DNA of 37,320 bases. Origin: Macrostomum lignano. Lineage: Eukaryota. The notes below the pieces were generated by a model. It was not told the origin of the DNA, did not search any database, and saw nothing but the letters and a program-made list of their open reading frames with translations. Positions 20,861-30,089 of this stretch are shown piece after piece. Numbering within the stretch: the stretch's first letter is position 1; each line of letters starts with the position of its first letter. A program made the position numbers and the translations under genes. The DNA lies in NCBI GenBank assembly GCA_002269645.1, contig NIVC01003862.1:1-37320 (forward strand), in the 5' to 3' direction.

Positions 20861-22026
20861 CGAGGGATGTTCCATAAGTACTTATACTTTTGCATGCTGC
20901 TCAGGAACTACGCAACCAATCATTGTAAGTTTTATGTCGCTGGAAAGCGGCTTTACTCATCTTTAATCTGTCGCCAAAATCATTTCGTTCTGTCAACTAT
21001 GTCAAAAGTTACAACAAAAAACGTAGTCAAAGGTCACCCATAGACTTACAAGAAATTTTCAAAATCAAAACTTCAAAGTTCAGCACGCAGAGTTATTTCG
21101 GATTCTACATAATGCATTCTTTTTTGCTTCATAAGCGAATGCCACACCCTTTTCGTCTATGGAAAATACTGGCCTAAGCTTTCACAGCATCTTAATCTTA
21201 AGATCACAGCATCTTAATCTTGTAAAGTTTCACCACCTTGGCTGCTGCTGCATCACCATGGATGTGAACTCAAGGGAAGGACAGCGCGCTGCAATTTTTA
21301 CCCTCTGGAAACTCGGAAAAAAGCGATCAGAGATTTATGCGGATTTATGCAACATTCATGGAGCTAATGCGGTGAGCAGGATGACCGTCTACAACTGGGT
21401 TGAGCAGTTCGAAGCAGGAAGGACCAATGTTGCTGATTTGCCGAGGTCGGGCCGCCCCTGCACATCAGGCTCTGATGCTCTCACCGATCGAATTCTTGAT
21501 CTGCTGGACGAAGATTGTCGGCTAACGATTCGACAGATTGCAGATAGACTGGACACGCCGAGCACAACTGTGCATCGCTGCTTGTCGCGCATGGACTTTG
21601 TCAAGCTGACTGCTCGTTGGGTGCCACGCCTACTCACCTCGGACTTGAGACTGCAGAGGCAGCAGATTTGTCAGGCCAATATTCGGATGATGGAAGAATA
21701 CGGTGGTTGGGATCTCTTCCATCGAATGATAGTCACTGGAGATGAAACCTGGATTCCCCATTTTGATCCACCAACGAAACGTGATTCCCAGGTCTGGATG
21801 CTGAAGGGCTCTGATCCTCCGGTAAAAGCTCAAAGGGACGCACATGGAAAGAAGATCATGCTGTCTCTGTTTTTCGACTGCAATGGTCCTCTAACTGTCG
21901 AGTTTTTGGAGCCAAACACTACAATAAACTCTGAGCGCTACGTTGAAACGCTAACAAAGCTGCATCATGACATCCAGAACAAGCGTCGTGAAAATCCCAG
22001 ACCTTTCATTCTTCATCATGACAATG
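20861..22026 (+). mobile_element. Tc1/mariner (mariner-type) DNA transposon, 3'-truncated, left end only
   Basis: Absent from the paralogous site at ~16325. Begins TA|CGAGGG, a mariner-like ITR start at a TA target, and encodes a mariner transposase. No right ITR was found. Confidence 0.93.
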
Positions 22027-22055
22027 TAATAAAGACAATTGACATCAAAAGATGA
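21258..22055 (+). CDS. Truncated mariner transposase (265 aa), reading through into host flank
   Basis: N-terminal HTH region, ARWVPRLLT linker motif, first catalytic Asp in IVTGDETW, second in HHDN. It then runs into host-derived VIKTIDIKR*. The YSPDL motif and third Asp are missing. Confidence 0.88.
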   Translation: MDVNSREGQRAAIFTLWKLGKKRSEIYADLCNIHGANAVSRMTVYNWVEQFEAGRTNVADLPRSGRPCTSGSDALTDRILDLLDEDCRLTIRQIADRLDTPSTTVHRCLSRMDFVKLTARWVPRLLTSDLRLQRQQICQANIRMMEEYGGWDLFHRMIVTGDETWIPHFDPPTKRDSQVWMLKGSDPPVKAQRDAHGKKIMLSLFFDCNGPLTVEFLEPNTTINSERYVETLTKLHHDIQNKRRENPRPFILHHDNVIKTIDIKR

Positions 22056-22964
22056 ACAATGAGTCTGTTTCCAATCAAAAGCGATAGCCAACATTTTTTG
22101 TACTGAATTAAAAATAAAAAACCTCTTATCTTGATCCGTAAAGCTTTTTCGGTGAAACCTACCTCCTAAAATATTCCCAGAAACGTAGTTTTCCCTCAGA
22201 TTTGAGTAGTCCAATTGTTTAGCTAATTTTATATTTTTGCAGACGAAGGAAAAACTGTTAAAATTATGCATGTATATTTTTAGAAATTCCTGCTTGATTC
22301 CAATATTCTGATTATATATGCAAGACAATGGTTTTTAGCTTTTATGACATTGAGCATTGATTATCTATTTTTAACTCTTCATATTTATCTTATTGCTCAA
22401 TGGAAAAATAAATATTTAATTTCCAATTTTCAGTATTGCAAAGTTGAGAAAAAGGAAGTGGAACAAAGCAAAGGAAAAAAAACCTAGTTTTCTTGGAGAA
22501 CATGTCTCCTCAGTGCACCAGAAAAGTACAGAACTGGCGAGGCGGATAAGCAATAAAAATGAGTTGAATTCTCAAGCAGTTTATCGCAGTAACCTATAAA
22601 TAATTTACTGCACGGCTGATCAAGTATCCCGTAGAATGTGAACGACTTTTCAAGACCATTACTTGTCAGGCAAACTCATCTTTGACTTGGCTAATAAGAT
22701 GAACTCTCACAAAAGTTGAATTGTAGCATTAAGCCTTCATGAATAAACTATCTGCCAAAACTGCAGCTCTCAAGCCAGTAAATGCCTGTTTTACTTCCTT
22801 AAATTATTTGATTTAACGTTGTTGCGTTTCAGCCCTTGAAAGGCACTACACTGAATGGTGCGCCAGAGCCAATGGAATTCAAGCCAGTGTTAGTTAAGCT
22901 TGGTTTAGCTTAGGTTAAATGTCTGTCAGATGCAAGATATGCTCGCTGCTTGCCACTTAACGGA

Positions 22965-24125
22965 ATGAAACCGAGACGACTAACCTGCCTTATCGTTCAA
23001 CGCAGACTGGCTGCGTCCCTGATGCTCTGGGTTACTCTGCTGTCGGTAGCCAGAATTGTGCTCAACCCGGATGTACTTTTCCCTTCACACCGGCCGCTCT
23101 CCAACTCAAGCGGCGGTCCCAAGCTGCGCGATAGAGCACCCATCAGTGCTCCAGCTCTGCCATGCGAGAACCGGCTGGTGTTCAAGGACTTGTCCTCAAA
23201 TCTGAAGATTCCCAGAATCATTCACTTCACCGCCAAGAGCGAGTTCATGCTCAACAACTACAAGCGCTACCTGAAGCGGTGGTACGAAAGCTACTCGAAC
23301 TTTACGTTCTACCTGTGGCGAGATGCAGACGCTCTGTGCCTTTTGCGACTTCACTATCCGGAGCTGCTTGAAGAGTTCGAGAGCGAGCTGCAGACACCAT
23401 TGGAGCGGTCAGACTTCATCCGAGCACTGGCGCTGTACCACTTCGGAGGACTGTACGTGGACATGGACACTCTCCCAGTCAGGAGCATGGAGCACCTGTT
23501 CGACAATCCGATGAGAGGCGCCATGGTCGCACAGGAGCCGGAAGAGCACGCCGTCTTTCTGTACAACTTGAAGTCGCTGGTGTCGAACGCCGTGATGTTC
23601 GGCATTCCGAAGCACCCGTTTTATTACTACTACGTGTGCAAGATGCTCGCCAAGATCCGCAACCTCTCACCGAGTCCCAACCGCATGAGGACCAACTTCG
23701 AAGCCACTCACATCACGGGTCCGATTCTGATGAAGCAGGTGCACGAGAACTACACCCAGCTCGGTCTGTGCCCAGCCGAACAGGTCAACTGCTCAGTGCA
23801 CCTGTTTAAGCCGGACGAATTCAGTCCGAACTACGACACGAGCCAGAAGCGTCGCATCCGGTACACCTGTATTCGGCGCTACAGGACTTTAAAAAACCAA
23901 CAGCGGCGACTTTGCAATAGTCTGCTTTACCGCAGGTTTGCAAACAGAAGGCTCACACAGAAAACATTTGCGGTCCACGATTTCCGGCACTTCAGCACCA
24001 ATAAGCAGAAGAGAAAGTCGTCTAAGAACAGACAGAAGGGTTTAGTTCTGCACGGGCCTTTGTTTAATGCTTTCACAGTTATTCCTAGTTTGAAACAGTT
24101 TAATTCCACTGAGGAGCAGTGCTAA
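22965..24125 (+). CDS. Glycosyltransferase (DXD sugar-binding, GT32/SUR1-OCH1-like) copy 3, intact, divergent C-terminus
   Basis: Same motifs as copy 2. The protein is almost identical up to ~23840, then strongly diverged but still open to the stop (ends ...STEEQC). Confidence 0.92.
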   Translation: MKPRRLTCLIVQRRLAASLMLWVTLLSVARIVLNPDVLFPSHRPLSNSSGGPKLRDRAPISAPALPCENRLVFKDLSSNLKIPRIIHFTAKSEFMLNNYKRYLKRWYESYSNFTFYLWRDADALCLLRLHYPELLEEFESELQTPLERSDFIRALALYHFGGLYVDMDTLPVRSMEHLFDNPMRGAMVAQEPEEHAVFLYNLKSLVSNAVMFGIPKHPFYYYYVCKMLAKIRNLSPSPNRMRTNFEATHITGPILMKQVHENYTQLGLCPAEQVNCSVHLFKPDEFSPNYDTSQKRRIRYTCIRRYRTLKNQQRRLCNSLLYRRFANRRLTQKTFAVHDFRHFSTNKQKRKSSKNRQKGLVLHGPLFNAFTVIPSLKQFNSTEEQC

Positions 24126-25039
24126 TTTAGTGAAGTACTGTCGTTGCTACCTCCGAATTCACCAAAAGGAATTGAAGATTTATGACAAAAAATTAGCTAT
24201 CCCTTCGCAGTGCAATCTTAGCTGATGCAATACCGCTATTTGCAGACTAGCTTATATTCTTGCAGTGTTCTCAAATATAGATCTGATTTATGAAACCATT
24301 AATAACGTGCGAGATTTATGAATCGTCTATCTGGGCGACGCTTGGGTTTTGAAGTTTGATTTGCACTTTTCATATAATTTACTTTTTACCCTCTTCATCT
24401 TCTTTCGTGTTGCCAAAAGACAAGGCAAAAGACAACCGAAAGACAACTAAAAGACAAGGCAAATAGTGCGTTAGCCTTGGAATGGATGCTTCAAAAATTC
24501 ATGCATGTTTGCAGGGCTAAGAGTCTGAATGCTTGATTGACAGCTGCAGTATAGAACACTTTTTATTGCTCTCTGCTGGTTTTCAGCGTGAGTCTCATCC
24601 TTTTTATGGAATCCCAATGCAACCGTTCTTGCTGGCTCATCTTGAAGATATTGAGCTCGATATTGCACCTGGGGTCTAAGATAAACGTGACAAAGTGAGT
24701 AACATGTATCACACTGGCTCTTGAATTCTATCGATTGAGTGTTTAAAAAATCGATATTGTTATTCATTAATAAAATATAGTGAAAGTTAGCAATAGTTTG
24801 ATTACAAATGCTTTAGACTTATAGCTTTTTCCATTAAAAAATTCTGGAAGCAAGAATGTTCCAGAAAAAGTTCCAAATTCAACTAACTATAGTTGGAGTA
24901 CTACACCTGCAACATTCACGCTTCTATAAACATTGCTGCGATTTCACGTAAGCCTTTAGTGCGTTTTACTGCTTTGGCACTCGTGCATGAACTCTTAATT
25001 TAGAATAATTGTATCAGGACTTATTTTCAATCTAATTTT

Positions 25040-26700
25040 ATCATTCTTCAGATTGTCTGGAAATTGAGTACGTCAGCCTAATAATGGGACTTCTAATTTC
25101 AACGTGAATAGAAATTTTTGGAAGCTTTCTATTTTTATAGATTTTTTGTTTTTTAACGTGTCGGACACGCTTCTGAAACTCGTCGGTACAAGTAAGCGTA
25201 TTTGGTTTTTCATTCAAATTGGTGCGTGATCTTCGGCAGGACTGACGACGTGGCAGTTGGTAGAGATCTTGCGGCACGCAGACAGAACAGAGAAAGCCAT
25301 AGACAACGGAAATCTGCTTGGTTTTAACTGCAAGCAATTTAGGCCAAGCTGGAAGCCATGGCTAAAGTAGAGAAATGGCACAGAGAGGACCATACGCTAA
25401 AATCAGTCTGTTGTACAGAGAGAGAGAGAGAGCAGAGTGAATGCATGCGTGACCGGTACTATTGAGTTTGATGTTTGTGAAATACGAGCTAAACCAAATC
25501 GATAGCAGAAAACCTATTTGCTGGGTAATTTCAGTTCTTAGCCTATGGTGAATGAAAACCTTTTCGGACCAAAAGCCAAAGCCGCGATATCGAGGCTGCT
25601 TCCCGTTCTCCAGGCGATGGTTTTGCTTCTCAATTTCTGCTTGAAGAAACTCTAGAACATGTGCTAGTAGTGCATGCACCTTTGGACTAATGTTGAAGTT
25701 TTAAGTTTAAGTTATGTTGATGTAATGCTGGTCTGGGAAATTCCGAAATAGCTTGCTTCAATCCAGGCAGTATGGCTCATTGCCAAAGCACATGCGCTTC
25801 ACATTAGGCAACGCATGGAATGGAGAACTGTTCCGTCATGTTGCTTTGGCCGGCAAGATGTTCAGCTGTCTTGTCCAGGATGCTGCCGTCAGTAGTATAT
25901 GCTGCAAAAGAATCCGCCGCCATCGATTCCAATGGTTGCTATGCAGTCTCAGAAGGATCCATCCGTCGGTCTTCCATTATTACCAACATCTGTGCAGTAC
26001 GCAACGATTCGCAGCTCTTGCTGGGTCTCTCTTAATTTGCAACGAAATCTGTGCAACTTCGAAAAACTCCAGGGTAATGATGTCAATCTCTCGGAGTTTC
26101 TGCTCAAGATGTCGGCTCAATTGAATAGCCTCCTTGTCATTCGCGTATCTACTGCGCCGCCTGCTTAGTTTGCCGCTGGCTTAGCCTCAGGTCCCACTGA
26201 AACTTGCTGAACCTCTCTGAAGAAATTGGATCCGCAAAGTCTGTTCGGCGCCAGAATCTCAGCTCCACGCTTGTCCATTGACAGCTGCTCAGAAAGATTG
26301 GCACGCCTTTATGTGATTATGCAGATGTGACCTTTTCCTCTGTTGAGTTCAGAACGACAGCGTCAGCAAAAGGTGACCGGATCGGCAGGTGACAGTGGGT
26401 CTGAATTATCAGTCAGCGGGCGCCCGACGGGCCGATGCTTTGCTGTTTCCTGCAGTCCTTCGCCGATTGGAAGTTCGCGCGAAATCAATCAAACAGATTT
26501 TGCGCTCACACCGAAGACTTTGTTGCGTTAGTGGTGCTAGCAAAACAGAATTTTGCTGTAAGCTGGACAACTTAACAACGCGCTTGGCTACAGCCTCCTT
26601 TGGAAACATATCTTTCTCGTACAACGTAGAGTCGAGGTAAGGTACATCTCGTTTGAGGAAAGCCAAGAAAACGAAAGCAAACACGAACATTCGCATTTTT
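25040..26700 (-). other. Possible decayed or fragmented coding region of unknown identity
   Basis: Several minus-strand stretches read like protein, e.g. DVPYLDSTLYEKDMFPKEAVAKRVVK and a coiled-coil-like DKEAIQLSRHLEQKLREIDIITLEF/SKLHRFRCKLRETQQELR across a T5 run. They are broken by stops and frameshifts, and I recognise no family. Confidence 0.25.
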
Positions 26701-27619
26701 CTTTAATAATACGAAATTACAATTTATTAATCTTAAATTAATCTTATATAATCTTATCTTATATACTAATCTTATAATAATCTTACAATTCATTAATATT
26801 ATTGTTGTTGTTGTCTTATTTTAAAACAACGCAAACTACTTTAGTAAGTACTAGTGTTTGTGAATCTTGAACTCAAATTCATTTATAATTTACTACATGT
26901 ACAATCTTTAAGTTTTCAGCCACCAGTGTTACGTATTTGCAGATTTAGATTGTGTGAGAACGTATGGGTTCAGAATGCAAAAAAATGCATTCATTAAATT
27001 GATTAGACGTAGGAAATTATATATTTTACTGATCTGAAGTCAATGAAATCACTTACATACAGCTACTCTGCCAGTGGCATGCAGTTAAAAAATAAATTTC
27101 GGCCATTTGCACGCTTGTATTTAATAGGACAAAATATTTAGAATTCGCTGGAAATCCATAAAACACCTCGTAAATGTCATTTTGAATGATAACGTGCTTT
27201 TTAAAACTATTTAAAATAGATAGAAAAGTATTTTATTTACGTATTTTATATTAATAAAGGAAATATTCCTTCCGTCTGAATAGCTTTAGTTTCAAGCAGT
27301 ATTACTAACGTGAAAAAAACTAACCAAATGCCAACCAGGATCTAACGTTACTCGTAACGTTACTTTGGACTGAAGGAAATGGTAACTATTAATTGGAAGA
27401 CTGTTATACTTAGCTAGTTATATAAGTTATAAATTAAAATTATTTTGATTATTAGTCCGAGAGGCAGCTCGTAGTTTTTAATCTCTGGAAGAATTTTAAA
27501 AGGAAGTGCTTGTTTCAAGTATCCATTTATTCAGAGGTAAAATATTAATAGATACCATATATATTACGCACTTCAAATACATACATACTATCTGTGAGTT
27601 CTGGCCTCCATCGTCAAGT

Positions 27620-29152
27620 TCACAAGTTGGCCCGCCGCAAAGAAATTGTATAGTAGGAGAAGCAAACGATGGACACAAGCTGGCACACAGTGCTTGCCAC
27701 GCCTCCGTACATGTAGCAGACGTAGCCAAAGCACTCCGGTATGCTAGCAGCAGTCCCAGGGGCCGTGGAATTGAACGCGACGCCGCCTGTCTTATCACCG
27801 GAAGTTGTTCGAATTTGAGCGTCGTACAGAGCGCCGAATTGCAGAATAAGAAGCAGGCCAGTTGTTGAAGCTAAAAGAAGACAGGAAGAGTAGAGCCGTC
27901 CGAACAGGTGCGGCTTTTCAGTCATAGAGATGATCACGGGTGGAATGGTGAATAGGGTGGCGTTGTTGATACTATCAAAAACGTAGGCCGTAATCGTAAT
28001 ACCAAAAGCTGACACGCCTGGAAGCAGTGGGACGCTAAGAAGCAGCGTCGAAGGAGCGCCGAAGCAGACCACGCTGGCAAGCAAAACAGCAGATCGATGA
28101 CTTGCCTTCGGTAGGTGTCTGTCAGTAAGAAGCCCAATCAGACAGCGCCAAGCTATGCCCACCAGAGTTGGAAACCAAAAATAGTAAACGTCGTATTGAG
28201 TCAGCGACAAACTTCGAGTGACGCTAGTCAGGTTTAGAAAGGTTGTCAGGTTTGCTCCGATGGACAGAGCAACGCCCAGCATGAGAGGCATGAAGCGATC
28301 TGAGCAGCACACGGTAAAAAAGTATTGTGTCTGCGTCAGGAAACCGTCCTGCGGTCGAGTGTCGATCGTCTCAGCCGTCGCAGTATGCGTTTCGTTCATG
28401 TTAGAGTTGAATGCATCCTGTAGTTTCTGTCGATCCTGTTCCGGTGGCTGTTTGTCTAGAATAGGGCTCGATTCGCTAGGTTTTTCTTTATCCAAAGAAT
28501 CATCGAACGGTGTTAGAAAGATAAAAGCGAACACATGAATAGTGGCATTTAAAACTAGGAGCACGATCCGGGTGCCTACAGGTCTCTGGTCGGTGTTACT
28601 TCTGTGCATATTGTCGAAGACCACGTAGTAGATGAAGGCCACAACTGGGGGACCCAGACTGAAGAAGTTGTCCGCCAGCGTCATGACAAAGACACGTTGA
28701 CTCGATGAGAAACTTTTCATGCAGCAACCAATCGCAGCCACGTAGCTGTAGTTGAAGCTGTGACCGTACAGGAACAGCAGAATGAACAGCAGCCATAAGT
28801 TCTGGCGCAGCGGCTCTGGATACGCCATTGCGACGGCAACAAAAGTCATGGACAGCGTGGAGAGGACGCCACTGAAGACGACCGAAGCTCTCGTACCAAA
28901 ACGGTCGTAAAAGAGTCCGCTGAGAAAGATTAGCACTGTTCCCAGGTACAGTAGAGCAACGCTAAAGTCCAGTTGTCTCTGGTTTAGTCCATAGCTGAAC
29001 TTTATGAAATTGGCAAATATAGGGCCTGAGACACACTGGCCAGCCATCATCAGAATTAAACAGGCGCTCATTAGCAGAAGGCATTTTCGCCGAGAAGTCT
29101 CCGTCATGCAGACATTTTTCACCGTTTCCGGTTGCTGCTTAGTATCATCCAT
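27620..29152 (-). CDS. Major facilitator superfamily transporter (Nodulin-like/NFD4/MCH1-like), intronless, 510 aa
   Basis: Long ORF with about 12 hydrophobic helices in two bundles around a polar central loop. MFS motif A is SGLFYDRFGTR, echoed by IGLLTDRH. The N-terminal F..F.K..YGLNQRQLD pattern is typical of the Nodulin-like/MCH1 group. First ATG (MDDTK) is at 29152. Confidence 0.88.
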   Translation of the reverse strand: MDDTKQQPETVKNVCMTETSRRKCLLLMSACLILMMAGQCVSGPIFANFIKFSYGLNQRQLDFSVALLYLGTVLIFLSGLFYDRFGTRASVVFSGVLSTLSMTFVAVAMAYPEPLRQNLWLLFILLFLYGHSFNYSYVAAIGCCMKSFSSSQRVFVMTLADNFFSLGPPVVAFIYYVVFDNMHRSNTDQRPVGTRIVLLVLNATIHVFAFIFLTPFDDSLDKEKPSESSPILDKQPPEQDRQKLQDAFNSNMNETHTATAETIDTRPQDGFLTQTQYFFTVCCSDRFMPLMLGVALSIGANLTTFLNLTSVTRSLSLTQYDVYYFWFPTLVGIAWRCLIGLLTDRHLPKASHRSAVLLASVVCFGAPSTLLLSVPLLPGVSAFGITITAYVFDSINNATLFTIPPVIISMTEKPHLFGRLYSSCLLLASTTGLLLILQFGALYDAQIRTTSGDKTGGVAFNSTAPGTAASIPECFGYVCYMYGGVASTVCQLVSIVCFSYYTISLRRANL

Positions 29153-30089
29153 TAGTGAAGAAAACACTGCGCCGGAAACTTAGTTTCTAATTAGTTTTAT
29201 AGATGTGTAGATCGGTAAAATACCTGGTATGTGGCGTCTTAAGCGAGAAATGTTCAGTTTAGGAGCTTGTGGATCTTGCTCTGGGTTTTTTATGGCACCC
29301 TAACTATAGCTTTTTTGAATTCTTCTCCGCCTTGTCCTGCACTGCTCTATATAATCGGAGGAAATTATTGGGTGCGCGATCTGTTACGCAAAAATATTAT
29401 AGGCGATTAAAACTGTAAGCTCAACCCCGGATCGAGAGTTAACCAGCTGTACCGGGAGTTCACATTCTCATATTAAATGACTTCGATCCCTTCTTTTCAA
29501 TTGCTCAACTATAATTCACATTGGTACATTATTAAGCTCAAGCATTTCATAACCACCCTGAGTAAATACAGCACTATATCATGCCAGAATTATTTAATGC
29601 AAACTCATGTGGACTGAGAATGCTCACTCTGAAAAAAACCCGTGGCCTTGCAGTTGCTTTGACTCAATGCAGCGCCCCCCCCCCCCTGTATCTTATTTCG
29701 GACTCAATACGAGCTAATCTACATGCATGAGCAACTGGGCTCAAAATGGGATCCGAAATAAGCAAACTATATATTGCATGTTAATATATAGCGAAGACAC
29801 CCCTACGCAGGCAGGCAATTCTCGTGGACAGAATTGAACTCCTGACATAAATTTCCGCTCGCGTATACTAATAAACAGCGAAATTAAGTCGCTTAGCTAT
29901 ATACTGTGCGTTCAATTATTCAGCCAATGTAGTTCAATTCAAAGGCGGCTCGAGTTTCTATTCAGAAACCTATGAACAAGCATGTGGGTAACGTGATCTA
30001 CAATATTGGGTGTGGTTACGTGCATACATGTACGAGTATATCCGATACATGTATGCACTATAGCTATAGCTATAGCTATAACTAGATAT

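Larger units (their letters stand above)
12567..23010 (+). repeat. Tandem segmental duplication: unit 1 12567-17309, unit 2 17310-23010
   Basis: Colinear identity at offsets 4743/4744, then 4535 after the VNTR length difference, then 5701 after the 1166-bp mariner insertion. Confidence 0.95.

Noticed and set aside
28218-28538. Antisense or alternative-frame ORFs over the MFS, GT, CNBD and LINE sequences
   Set aside because: They are shadows of GC-rich real coding frames, with no motifs of their own.
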